Source: Clostridia bacterium (GTDB lineage: Bacteria > Bacillota > Clostridia > Christensenellales > UBA1242). From it: DNA of 40,899 nucleotides. The position numbers were made by a program, and so were the translations under genes. Under the pieces are notes generated by a model, which was given only the letters and a program-made list of their open reading frames with translations, was not told where the DNA came from and did no database searches. The stretch is taken from NCBI GenBank assembly GCA_045577635.1, contig JAZNIS010000026.1, positions 1 to 40,899 on the forward strand, in the 5' to 3' direction. Positions 33,127-40,899 of the stretch are shown one piece after another. Position 1 is the first letter of the stretch. The number at the start of each line of letters is the position of its first letter.

Positions 33127-34017
33127 ATGGGATTTTTTTCAAAACTATTTGCAGGTTTAAAGAAAACAAAAGATAATATTGCTAATAAAATTAATGCTAT
33201 TTTTGTTGGTGAATTAGATGATGAATTTTTTGAAGAATTGGAATATGTTTTAATTAGTTCTGATATTGGTGCTGATGCAACCGAAGAAATTATTGATGAA
33301 GTTAAGGAATTGTCTAAAAAACAACATATTAAAACTGCTGATGAGTTTAAAGCATTACTTCGTGAAGTTATGATTAATATGTTAACCGAAGTTACCGATG
33401 AAGAAATTGAATATCCAGCTTTAATTACTTTTGTTGGTGTAAATGGTGTGGGAAAAACCACTGCAATAGGCAGAATTGCTCATAAATTTAAAACTGAAAA
33501 TAAAACAGTTTTAATGGTTGCAGGTGATACATTCCGTGCAGCTGCTAGTGATCAATTAACCGAATGGTCAAAACGAGCAGGTGTTAGAATTGTTAAGTAT
33601 GGTGAAGGAACCGATCCGGCTGCTGTTGTTTTTGATGGTATTAGTAGTGCAAAAGCAAAACGAGATGATGTTGTGCTTGTTGACACTGCTGGAAGGTTAC
33701 ACAATAAAACCAACTTAATGGAAGAATTAAAAAAGATTTCAAAAATAATTAACCGTGAATGGGAAGGTGACTATAAAAACTATTTAGTTATTGATGCTAC
33801 AACAGGTCAAAATGCACTTTCGCAGGTTGAAACCTTTAACGAATGTGTTGGAATTGATGGTATAGTTTTAACCAAGCTAGACGGAACAGCAAAAGGTGGA
33901 ATAGTGTTTGCAATTGCAAAACAATATGGTATTCCTGTTAAATTTGTTGGTGTTGGTGAAGGGTTAGAAGATATTGTTGATTTTGATGCCGAAGAATTTG
34001 TTAATGGAATTATTTAG
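33127..34017 (+). CDS. ftsY: Signal recognition particle receptor FtsY
   Basis: Short-form FtsY with GVNGVGKTT, DTFRAAA, DTAGRL, TKLDGTAKGG. Starts 1 nt after the smc stop. Confidence 0.95.
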   Translation: MGFFSKLFAGLKKTKDNIANKINAIFVGELDDEFFEELEYVLISSDIGADATEEIIDEVKELSKKQHIKTADEFKALLREVMINMLTEVTDEEIEYPALITFVGVNGVGKTTAIGRIAHKFKTENKTVLMVAGDTFRAAASDQLTEWSKRAGVRIVKYGEGTDPAAVVFDGISSAKAKRDDVVLVDTAGRLHNKTNLMEELKKISKIINREWEGDYKNYLVIDATTGQNALSQVETFNECVGIDGIVLTKLDGTAKGGIVFAIAKQYGIPVKFVGVGEGLEDIVDFDAEEFVNGII

Positions 34018-34023
34018 CAAATA

Positions 34024-34053
34024 ATGTAGGTGTTTTTTGCACCTACATTTTTT
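34024..34053 (+). terminator. Intrinsic terminator after ftsY
   Basis: Stem ATGTAGGTG (34024-34032), 7-nt loop, stem CACCTACAT (34040-34048), then TTTTT. Confidence 0.75.
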
Positions 34054-34085
34054 AATAAATATTAACAGTATTTTATAATTTGTTG

Positions 34086-34113
34086 TTGACAATGGTTAAA
34101 AAATAAGTATAAT
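34086..34113 (+). promoter_or_regulatory. Consensus sigma-A promoter for ylxM-ffh-rpsP-khpA
   Basis: TTGACA (34086-34091), 16-nt spacer, TATAAT (34108-34113). Confidence 0.6.
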
Positions 34114-34155
34114 ACTATATGTAAAGTAATTTTGCTTTACATTGGTAAGGTTTAT

Positions 34156-34476
34156 ATGAATTTAGATGAAACAATTTTATATAGTTCGCTTTATAACATT
34201 TATGGTGAATTATTAACTCAAAAACAACAACAAATTTTTGATAGTTATGTTTTTAATAATTTAAGTTTGGCTGAAATTGCAGAAAACTTTGAAATTTCCA
34301 GACAAGCAGTTTTAGATTCAGTTAATAAATCTTGTAAACAATTAAAAAAGTATGAACAAATTTTAAAGGTTTACAAAAACAATAACAAAGTTAAAATGTT
34401 TTTGGAAGATTTAAAAGAAAACACAGGCAATCAAACTTTAATTAAACGAATTGATGACTTACTAGATAATTTATAA
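34156..34476 (+). CDS. ylxM: UPF0122 / YlxM putative helix-turn-helix protein
   Basis: LYNIYGELLTQKQQQIFDSYVFNNLSLAEIAENFEISRQAVLDS is the YlxM sigma-70-region-4-like HTH. Located immediately upstream of ffh, as is usual. I prefer ATG 34156 (MNLDE, AAGG SD) over the ORF-track TTG 34132. Confidence 0.82.
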   Translation: MNLDETILYSSLYNIYGELLTQKQQQIFDSYVFNNLSLAEIAENFEISRQAVLDSVNKSCKQLKKYEQILKVYKNNNKVKMFLEDLKENTGNQTLIKRIDDLLDNL

Positions 34477-34485
34477 GGAGAATTT

Positions 34486-35805
34486 ATGGCTTTATTTGGT
34501 TCATTAAGTGAAAAACTATCTCATGTTTTTTCAAAACTAACCAAGCATGGTGTTTTAACAGAATTAGAAATTAAAAATGCTATGCGAGAAATTAGAATTG
34601 CCTTACTAGAAGCCGATGTTAACTTTTTAGTTGTTAAAGATTTAGTTTCTAAAATTTCTGAAAAGTGCAGTGGTGAAAAAGTTTTAAAAAGTTTAACACC
34701 TGGTCAGCAAGTAATTAAAATTGTTAACGAAGAATTAACGGCTTTAATGGGTAGCACCAATGCTAAACTTACAATTGCAAGTAAACCACCAACAATAATT
34801 TTAATGTGTGGTTTGCAAGGTGCAGGTAAAACAACAATGTGTGGTAAACTTGCTAAAATGCTAAAAAAACAAGGCAAAAAACCAATGCTTGTTGCTTGTG
34901 ATATTTACAGACCAGCCGCAATTAATCAGTTAAAAGTTGTTGGTAAATCTGTTGATGTTGAAGTTTATGATGAAGGCACAAACAAGCCAGAAAAAACTGC
35001 AGTTAATGCTTTAAAATATGCAGAAAAGAAAGCTTACGATGTTGTTATTATTGATACTGCTGGTAGGTTACACATTAACGAAGAGTTAATGGACGAGCTT
35101 AAAAATGTTAAAAAAGCAGTTAATCCAACCGAAATTTTGCTTACAGTTGATTCAATGACAGGTCAAGATGCTGTTACTGTTGCAGAAAGTTTTAATAATG
35201 AACTAGACATTACAGGTGTTATTTTAACAAAATTAGATGGTGACACTCGTGGTGGTGCTGCATTAAGCATAAAGGCAGTTACAGGCAAACCAATTAAGTT
35301 TTGTGGTGTTGGTGAAAAAATGGATGATATTGAACCATTTTATCCCGACCGTATGGCATCAAGAATTTTAGATATGGGTGATGTGCTTACTTTAATTGAA
35401 AAAGCACAAGCAGCCGTAACCGAAGAAGATGCTAAAAAACTTGAAAAGAAATTTAGAGAAAACTCATTTACATTTGAAGATTATTTGGCTCAATTTGATC
35501 AAGTGAAAAAAATGGGTAGTATTTCCGATATTTTAAATATGATTCCTGGGGCAAGTAAGTTTAAACTTAATGCTGCTATGATAGATGAAAAACAAATTGC
35601 AAGAAATAAGGCAATTATTCAAAGTATGACACCTTATGAACGAAGAAATCCTGATGTGATTAAGGGAAGCCAGAAAAAAAGAATTGCTGCGGGAAGTGGA
35701 ACATCTATTCAGGAAGTTAATGCTCTGCTTAAAAATTTCTATCAATCAAAAGAACTTATGAAACAAATGAGTAGTGGCAAAGGCAGATTTAGAATGCCGT
35801 TTTAA
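34486..35805 (+). CDS. ffh: Signal recognition particle protein Ffh
   Basis: GLQGAGKTT, DIYRPAA, DTAGRL, TKLDGDTRGG, and a Met-rich M domain. Confidence 0.97.
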   Translation: MALFGSLSEKLSHVFSKLTKHGVLTELEIKNAMREIRIALLEADVNFLVVKDLVSKISEKCSGEKVLKSLTPGQQVIKIVNEELTALMGSTNAKLTIASKPPTIILMCGLQGAGKTTMCGKLAKMLKKQGKKPMLVACDIYRPAAINQLKVVGKSVDVEVYDEGTNKPEKTAVNALKYAEKKAYDVVIIDTAGRLHINEELMDELKNVKKAVNPTEILLTVDSMTGQDAVTVAESFNNELDITGVILTKLDGDTRGGAALSIKAVTGKPIKFCGVGEKMDDIEPFYPDRMASRILDMGDVLTLIEKAQAAVTEEDAKKLEKKFRENSFTFEDYLAQFDQVKKMGSISDILNMIPGASKFKLNAAMIDEKQIARNKAIIQSMTPYERRNPDVIKGSQKKRIAAGSGTSIQEVNALLKNFYQSKELMKQMSSGKGRFRMPF

Positions 35806-35869
35806 TTAAGGTTTTTAAATTTTTTTGTTAAAAAAATTGAATATATAAATAACATAAAGGAGAAAAATT

Positions 35870-36166
35870 ATGGCAGTTAAAATCAGATTAACCAGATTAG
35901 GCGATAAAAAATCACCTTTCTACCGTGTTGTAGTTGCTGATTCTAGAACATCAAGAGATGGTAAAGTTATTGAAAAACTTGGAACATACGATCCAAAAAC
36001 AGATCCAGCTCAAATCAATATTGATGTAGAAAAAGCTCAAACATGGATCAAAAACGGTGCTCAACCAACTGAAACAGCTAAAACAATTTTAGTTAAAGCT
36101 GGTGTTTTAGAAGCTACAAACAAAAAAACAGCACCAAAGTCAGACAAAAAGAAAAAACAAGCATAG
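35870..36166 (+). CDS. rpsP: 30S ribosomal protein S16
   Basis: [32 protein letters not shown]. Confidence 0.96.
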   Translation: MAVKIRLTRLGDKKSPFYRVVVADSRTSRDGKVIEKLGTYDPKTDPAQINIDVEKAQTWIKNGAQPTETAKTILVKAGVLEATNKKTAPKSDKKKKQA

Positions 36167-36182
36167 TTAAAGGAGTTCAACA

Positions 36183-36413
36183 ATGGACCAATTAGTATCT
36201 TATATTGTTAAATCTTTAGTTGACAACCCAGATAAAGTTGAAGTTACAACCGAACAAGAAAGTGAAAAAGTTGTAATTGTTAAAGTTGTTGTTGACCCAT
36301 CTGACTTAGGAAAAGTTATAGGTAAAGGTGGTAGAATTGCTAGTTCAATTCGCACAATTATTAAATCTGCATCAGCAAAATCTGGTAGAAGATTTATTGT
36401 TAAAATTTCTTAA
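36183..36413 (+). CDS. khpA: KH-domain RNA-binding protein (YlqC/KhpA)
   Basis: LVDNPDKVEV..., GKVIGKGGRIASSIRTI (GxxG KH motif). 76 aa, in the canonical position after rpsP. Confidence 0.85.
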   Translation: MDQLVSYIVKSLVDNPDKVEVTTEQESEKVVIVKVVVDPSDLGKVIGKGGRIASSIRTIIKSASAKSGRRFIVKIS

Positions 36414-36420
36414 AATAAAA

Positions 36421-36450
36421 AGTGCTTAAATAGTTAAGCACTTTTTTTTA
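36421..36450 (+). terminator. Intrinsic terminator after khpA
   Basis: Stem AGTGCTTAA (36421-36429), loop ATAG, stem TTAAGCACT (36434-36442), then T8. Confidence 0.75.
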
Positions 36451-36451
36451 T

Positions 36452-36480
36452 TTGTTATATTAAATTAGTTGTGTTAAAAT
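36452..36480 (+). promoter_or_regulatory. Putative extended -10 promoter for rimM-trmD-rbgA-rnhB-yraN
   Basis: TTGTTA (36452-36457), 17-nt spacer ending in TGT, TAAAAT (36475-36480). Confidence 0.45.
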
Positions 36481-36546
36481 AATAAAAATATGTGCAATTT
36501 ATTAAGTAAAAACTACTTGATTTAGGCAAAATTAAAGGATTTAATT

Positions 36547-37017
36547 ATGAATAAAATTGAAATAGGAAAATTAACAAAACCACAAGGTTTAAAGGGTGAA
36601 TTTCGTGTAAAACACAATATGAGTGCTATGCAACTTTTTTACGGTTTACAAGAAGTTGAAATTGGTGGAAAAAAATTTACTGTTTTAAAAGTGACAGATA
36701 GGGGTGGATTTTTTATTTTAAAAACAAAAGAACTTTCATCAATTGATCAAGTTGAGTTTATGAGAGGTGCAACAGTTTACACTTATATCACTGACGAAGA
36801 AGCCATTGATGTAAACCACAATGTTGGTTATAAAGTGTTTAGTGGTAAAACCGAAGTTGGAACAGTTATGGAAGTTAACAATTATGGCTCAACTGATGTT
36901 TACACTTTAACTAATGGAATTAGTTTTCCGTTTGTTCCGGGTTTGTTTATTGATGTTAATGATGATGATCAAACAATAACTGTTGATGAAAATATGTTTA
37001 ATGAGGTTAAACTATGA
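36547..37017 (+). CDS. rimM: 16S rRNA processing protein RimM
   Basis: IGKLTKPQGLKGEFRV N-terminal motif, about 160 aa. ATGA overlap with trmD. Confidence 0.9.
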   Translation: MNKIEIGKLTKPQGLKGEFRVKHNMSAMQLFYGLQEVEIGGKKFTVLKVTDRGGFFILKTKELSSIDQVEFMRGATVYTYITDEEAIDVNHNVGYKVFSGKTEVGTVMEVNNYGSTDVYTLTNGISFPFVPGLFIDVNDDDQTITVDENMFNEVKL

Positions 37018-37691
37018 AAATAACTGTTCTAACATTATTTCCAAAAATGTTTGAAGCATTAAACGAAAGTTTAATAGGAAAAGCAATTGATAAAAATTTA
37101 ATTGAGTTAGAAGTTGTTAATTTTCGTGATTTTTCTAAAAACAAACATAAAAAGGTTGATGACTATGCTTTTAGTGGTGGGGCAGGTATGGTTTTAACTC
37201 CACAACCAATTTACGATGCTTTGCAATCGGTTATAACAAAAGATAGTTATGTTGTTTATATGTCGCCAAAAGGAACTCCTTTAACACAAAATAAAGTTAA
37301 ACAAATTTCAAACGATATTAAACATTTGGTTATTATTTGTGGACATTACGAGGGTATTGATGAAAGAATTATAACTCTATGTGTTAACGAACAAATAAGT
37401 GTGGGTGATTTTGTTTTAACAGGTGGCGAAATACCTGCTATGGCATTAATTGATTCGGTTAGTAGGTATGTTGAAGGTGTTTTACATAATGCTGATAGCA
37501 CCGAAGATGAAAGTTTTTCTGATGGGTTATTAGAATATCCACAATATACTAGACCACAAGAATTTATGGGAATCAAAGTTCCGGATGTTTTGATTAGTGG
37601 CAATCACAAAGAAATTGAAAAGTGGAAACAAGAACAAAAAATTATAGAAACAAAAAAATATAGACCAGATTTGTTAAAAAAAGATAATTAA
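37014..37691 (+). CDS. trmD: tRNA (guanine37-N1)-methyltransferase
   Basis: MKITVLTLFPKMFEAL, DDYAFSGGAGMVL, ICGHYEGIDERI, SVGDFVLTGGE, EYPQYTRP. Confidence 0.96.
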   Translation: MKITVLTLFPKMFEALNESLIGKAIDKNLIELEVVNFRDFSKNKHKKVDDYAFSGGAGMVLTPQPIYDALQSVITKDSYVVYMSPKGTPLTQNKVKQISNDIKHLVIICGHYEGIDERIITLCVNEQISVGDFVLTGGEIPAMALIDSVSRYVEGVLHNADSTEDESFSDGLLEYPQYTRPQEFMGIKVPDVLISGNHKEIEKWKQEQKIIETKKYRPDLLKKDN

Positions 37692-37700
37692 GGGTAGTTT

Positions 37701-38588
37701 ATGGTAATTCAATGGTTTCCTGGGCATATGACTAAAGCCCTACGAATGATGGAAAAAGAAATAAAAATTGTAGATGCAATTATTTATGTGCTTGATGCAA
37801 GAGCACCTTTTTCTTGTGTAAATCCTAAATTAAATTCGTTAATAGGCGAAAAACCAATTATTTATGTTTTAAATAAGTGTGATATGGCAAACAGTGAAGC
37901 AACAAAGGAATGGCAAGAATATTTTGCTAATTTTGGTGCTGCTTGCATTATGCTAAACTCAACCGAAAGTGGAACTTCTAAAAAAGTTGAAGCTGCAGTT
38001 AAAGTTGCACTAACAGCAAAAATTGAAAAAATGAAAGCAAAAGGATTTAACACCATTTTAAGGGTGATGGTTTTAGGTGTTCCTAACAGTGGTAAAAGCA
38101 CCTTAATAAACAATTTGTGTGGTGTTTCAAAAGCTATTACAGGTAATAAACCAGGTGTAACAAAAGGAAAACAGTGGGTAAAAATTGCCAGTGGAATTGA
38201 AATATTAGATACTCCGGGCACATTGTGGCCTGCTTTTGATAATAATCAGGTTGCACATCATTTGGCTTATATTGGTTCAATTAAGGAAGAAATTTTAGAT
38301 GTTCCAAGTTTAAGTTTAGATTTAATTAGAGATTTAAACATAATTGATAAAAATATTTTGATTAACCGATATAATATTCAAATTTTGGAAGAAGATGAAC
38401 CTATAAATGTTCTAGAAAGTATTTGTAAAAGTCGTGGATATTTATTAAAGAAAAACGAATTAGATTATGATAGGGGTGCTTTTGCTATTCTAAATGATTT
38501 TAAAAGTAACCGTTTAGGTAAAATTTCACTAGAAAGAGTTGCCGACATTAAAAAACTTAAAATAAAAGATAGGAAACAAGATGTATAA
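37701..38588 (+). CDS. rbgA: Ribosome biogenesis GTPase A (YlqF/RbgA)
   Basis: IQWFPGHMTKA and a circularly permuted GTPase order (NKCDM before GVPNSGKST, DTPG). Confidence 0.93.
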   Translation: MVIQWFPGHMTKALRMMEKEIKIVDAIIYVLDARAPFSCVNPKLNSLIGEKPIIYVLNKCDMANSEATKEWQEYFANFGAACIMLNSTESGTSKKVEAAVKVALTAKIEKMKAKGFNTILRVMVLGVPNSGKSTLINNLCGVSKAITGNKPGVTKGKQWVKIASGIEILDTPGTLWPAFDNNQVAHHLAYIGSIKEEILDVPSLSLDLIRDLNIIDKNILINRYNIQILEEDEPINVLESICKSRGYLLKKNELDYDRGAFAILNDFKSNRLGKISLERVADIKKLKIKDRKQDV

Positions 38589-39186
38589 TTTTGATTTGCA
38601 GTTTGTTAAAGATGGTAAAATTTTAATTGCTGGTGTAGATGAGGCGGGCAGAGGACCACTTGCTGGTCCTGTTTGTGTTGCTTCTGTAATAATGCCGTTA
38701 GAAACGGACAAAATAATAACAGGTGTTAATGATAGTAAAAAATTAACAGAGAAAAAAAGAGAGATGTTATTTGATGAAATAATTAACACTGCAATAGATT
38801 ACAAAATTGAGTTTGTAAGCGAAAAAGAGATAGATGATATAAATATTCTAAATGCAACAAAACAGGGCATGAAAAGGGCAATTTGTGGCTTAAAAAGCAA
38901 ACCAGATTTAGTTTTGATTGATGCTGTTAATTTAGATGTTGAAATTCCAACAGAAAGCATAATAAAAGGTGATGCTAAAAGTTATAATATTGCTGCTGCA
39001 TCAATTTTAGCAAAGGTTTCAAGAGATAGGTTAATGCTAAAGTTAGATGCTAAATATCCAGAATATAATTTCAAAAAACATAAAGGTTATGGAACAAAAG
39101 AACACATTGAGAATTTAAAGAAATTTGGAAAATGTGAAATTCATAGAAATAGTTTTATTAAAAACTTTGTAGGTGATAATGAATAG
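38581..39186 (+). CDS. rnhB: Ribonuclease HII
   Basis: IAGVDEAGRGPLAGPV, DSKKLTEKKRE, GDAKSYNIAAASILAKVSRD, GYGT. Confidence 0.95.
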   Translation: MYNFDLQFVKDGKILIAGVDEAGRGPLAGPVCVASVIMPLETDKIITGVNDSKKLTEKKREMLFDEIINTAIDYKIEFVSEKEIDDINILNATKQGMKRAICGLKSKPDLVLIDAVNLDVEIPTESIIKGDAKSYNIAAASILAKVSRDRLMLKLDAKYPEYNFKKHKGYGTKEHIENLKKFGKCEIHRNSFIKNFVGDNE

Positions 39187-39511
39187 TTTAGGTGTTAGTG
39201 GCGAACAACAGGCAAAAAAGTACCTAATAAAACAAGGTTACAAGGTTTTAGAAACAAATTATAAAACAGTGTTAGGTGAAATTGATATTGTTGCTAAAAA
39301 GGATGATTTTATTGTTTTTGTTGAAGTAAAAACCCGTTCAAACACAAAGTTTGGTTTGCCTCGCGAAAGTGTAACACCGTACAAGCAAAATAAAATTAGG
39401 ACAGTTGCAACCCACTATTTAAAAACAAAGAATATGTTAAATTTTAATGTTAGATTTGATGTTGTTGATATTTTAAATGGTGAATTAACACATATAACAA
39501 ATTGTTTTTAA
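39179..39511 (+). CDS. yraN: YraN-family (UPF0102) putative endonuclease
   Basis: GEQQAKKYLIKQGYKVLETNYKTVLGEIDIVAKKDDFIVFVEVKTR. The ORF track opens at GTG 39173. ATG 39179 gives the usual MN... start and overlaps rnhB by 8 nt. Confidence 0.85.
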   Translation: MNSLGVSGEQQAKKYLIKQGYKVLETNYKTVLGEIDIVAKKDDFIVFVEVKTRSNTKFGLPRESVTPYKQNKIRTVATHYLKTKNMLNFNVRFDVVDILNGELTHITNCF

Positions 39512-39568
39512 AAATACCTTTGTTTAGGTAAAAAATTTAAAATTTTTGTGATATTTTGCAAAAAATAC

Positions 39569-39597
39569 TTGTAATAATAATTTTGATATGTTATTAT
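39569..39597 (+). promoter_or_regulatory. Putative extended -10 promoter dedicated to rplS
   Basis: TTGTAA (39569-39574), 17-nt spacer ending in TGT, TATTAT (39592-39597). This leaves a leader of about 80 nt before the AGGAGG SD. Confidence 0.45.
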
Positions 39598-39681
39598 ACT
39601 TCGTAATGACTTCGGTTGGTCCGCTGATAACAATGATTGTGTCATGAACAACTAATAAAATATTAGGAGGAATTGTAAGTC

Positions 39682-40038
39682 ATGAACTTAATCGATTTAA
39701 TTGAAAAAGAAAATTTAAAACCTGAATTACCTGAATTTGCTGTTGGTGACACAGTTAAGGTATTCATTAAAATTGTTGAAGGTGGCAAAGAAAGAATTCA
39801 AGCATTTGAAGGTGTAGTTATTGCTAGAAAACATTCAAGTGTTCGTGAAACATTTACTGTTCGTCGTGTATCTTTCGGTGTTGGTGTTGAAAAAACATTC
39901 CCATTACACAGCCCTCGTATTGATCATATTGAGGTATTAAAGAAAGGTAAAGTTAGAAGAGCAAAACTTTATTATCTTCGTGATTTATCAGGTAAAGCTG
40001 CTAAGATTAAAGAAAAACAAACAAGCAAATCTGAATAA
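39682..40038 (+). CDS. rplS: 50S ribosomal protein L19
   Basis: [32 protein letters not shown]...[25 protein letters not shown]. Confidence 0.96.
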   Translation: MNLIDLIEKENLKPELPEFAVGDTVKVFIKIVEGGKERIQAFEGVVIARKHSSVRETFTVRRVSFGVGVEKTFPLHSPRIDHIEVLKKGKVRRAKLYYLRDLSGKAAKIKEKQTSKSE

Positions 40039-40049
40039 TTATCAAAAAC

Positions 40050-40083
40050 AACCACTTAAATTAGTTTTTTAAGTGGTTTTTTT
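40050..40083 (+). terminator. Intrinsic terminator after rplS
   Basis: 11-bp stem AACCACTTAAA (40050-40060), 7-nt loop, stem TTTAAGTGGTT (40068-40078), then TTTTT. Confidence 0.8.
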
Positions 40084-40109
40084 GTGCTTAAAATTTCTAT
40101 ATTATAAGG

Positions 40110-40130
40110 TTATATATATAATATATATAA
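40110..40130. repeat. Perfect 10+1+10 A/T palindrome containing TATAAT
   Basis: TTATATATAT-A-ATATATATAA. TATAAT at 40117-40122. Lies 128 nt upstream of the comM-like start. Confidence 0.5.
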
Positions 40131-40257
40131 ATAACAAAAGTTTATGATGTGCTAAATTGTATATTATTTGTTGTTAAATTAAAAAAATTTTGTTAATATA
40201 TTTTAGTTAGCATTTTTTATTTTTTAACTGTTAACATATAAATTTTTTGAGGTAATT

Positions 40258-40899
40258 ATGCTTTCAATAGTTAAAAGTTTTGGTTTAAACGGAATAGACG
40301 GTTATTGTGTTAGAGCCGAAATTGATATTAATCAAGGTTTGCCTGGTTACGATATTGTTGGTTTAGTTGGAACAGCAACAAAGGAAAGTAAAGAAAGGGT
40401 AAGAAGTGCCATTAAAAATTCTGGATTAAATTATCCTATCACAAAAATCACTGTTAACTTGGCTCCTGCAAACACAAAAAAAGAAGGTCCTGTTTATGAC
40501 CTTGCTATTGCAGTTGGTATTTTATCTGCAACAAATCAAATTAAAATTGAAAACACTGAAAAATATGTTTTTTTAGGAGAACTTTCACTAGATGGTACTG
40601 TTAGAAAAGTTAATGGTGTTTTGCCTGTCTTAATTTCTGCAAAACAAAATGGATTTAATAATATTATTATTCCGTACGATAATTTAAACGAAGCTAGTTA
40701 TTTATCGGGCATTAATGTTTATGCAGTTAAAACATTAACAGAAGTAACAAAGTTTTTAAATGACGAACTTGTTTTAAATCCTGTTGAGTTTTCTGATTAT
40801 AACGAAAAAATAAACACTACTGAAAGTCCATATAATTTTAAAAATGTAAAGGGTCAACGAAATGCAAAACGAGCACTAGAAATTGCTGCTGCTGGTGGT
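40258..40899 (+). CDS. comM: YifB/ComM-family Mg-chelatase-like AAA+ ATPase. This is the 5' partial; the ORF runs off the window end.
   Basis: My own translation from ATG 40258 (SD GAGG) gives MLSIVKSFGLNGIDGYCVRAEIDINQGLPGYDIVGLVGTATKESKERVRSAIKNSG...LAPANTKKEGPVYDLAIAVGIL...FKNVKGQRNAKRALEIAAAGG. This is the canonical ComM N-terminal Lon-like domain and the start of the AAA module. 214 codons, open to the last base. Confidence 0.9.
   Translation, partial: MLSIVKSFGLNGIDGYCVRAEIDINQGLPGYDIVGLVGTATKESKERVRSAIKNSGLNYPITKITVNLAPANTKKEGPVYDLAIAVGILSATNQIKIENTEKYVFLGELSLDGTVRKVNGVLPVLISAKQNGFNNIIIPYDNLNEASYLSGINVYAVKTLTEVTKFLNDELVLNPVEFSDYNEKINTTESPYNFKNVKGQRNAKRALEIAAAGG

Noticed and set aside
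11062-38789. Other antisense or out-of-frame ORF-track entries inside recognised genes, e.g. 11062..11271, 11991..12308, 13259..13444, 15154..15522, 15846..16133, 16207..16443, 17861..18784, 19100..19285, 19529..19759, 20490..20708, 20843..21445, 22911..23408, 24019..24573, 24988..25293, 27973..28602, 28946..29281, 29510..29910, 32194..33461, 35533..35745, 37346..37603, 37862..38221 and 38529..38789.
   Set aside because: Each overlaps a gene whose product carries unambiguous family motifs. None has its own SD or promoter, and the translations are low-complexity. 24988..25293 additionally covers the pta promoter and start.
39515-39530. Hairpin TACCT-TTGTTT-AGGTA after yraN as a terminator.
   Set aside because: The stem is only 5 bp and it is followed by an A-tract rather than a T-tract on the + strand. 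This is not convincing as an intrinsic terminator.
1-40899. Search by eye for CRISPR repeats, tRNA/rRNA/tmRNA/SRP RNA genes, IS elements, integrases, and phage or conjugation genes.
   Set aside because: No regularly spaced direct repeats were seen. No intergenic region is long and GC-rich enough for a structured RNA gene. No ORF has transposase or recombinase motifs. A covariance-model scan (Infernal/tRNAscan) would be needed to exclude small RNAs formally.

Overview
This is an AT-rich bacterial chromosome segment that uses the standard genetic code (TGA is used as a stop, e.g. at rimM and the ABC ATPase). Gene order is typical of Bacillota/Clostridia. About 60% of the window is well-conserved housekeeping: valS, then ylbJ-like / patatin (ylbK-like) / tmcAL (ylbM), then pta-ackA-rpmF-plsX-rnc-smc-ftsY-ylxM-ffh-rpsP-khpA-rimM-trmD-rbgA-rnhB-yraN-rplS, and the 5' part of comM/yifB. 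Most genes have strong AGGAGG-type ribosome-binding sites (SDs), recognisable sigma-A promoters and clean hairpin+T-tract terminators. I see no rRNA, tRNA, CRISPR array, transposase, integrase or phage genes, and no classical defence island. The non-core content is: (1) One uninterrupted 10.5-kb ORF (57..10607, 3516 codons). It encodes six GLUG-motif (G-G-[LIV]-[IV]-G) modules alternating with Ig-like / InlB-B-repeat-like blocks. Its 5' end is anomalous (the ATG lies inside a terminator hairpin, with no signal peptide) and its C-terminus has no recognisable anchor. (2) A solitary zeta-toxin/COG4185-like P-loop kinase gene with a roughly 100-aa basic/Pro-rich tail. It is inserted in antisense orientation between the binding-protein gene and the ATPase/permease genes of an NMT1/THI5-type ABC transporter. 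(3) Two convergent genes with no family I can recognise (19839..20606 and 20617..21696), the second apparently co-transcribed with the ylbJ-like gene. (4) Several small deviations from the canonical Firmicute macromolecular-synthesis cluster: no ylbN/DUF177 before rpmF, no fapR/acpP around plsX, and rplS displaced from trmD with its own promoter and leader. The giant ORF and the orphan zeta-like kinase are the best candidates for something new. All family assignments are from reading motifs by eye, not from searches.
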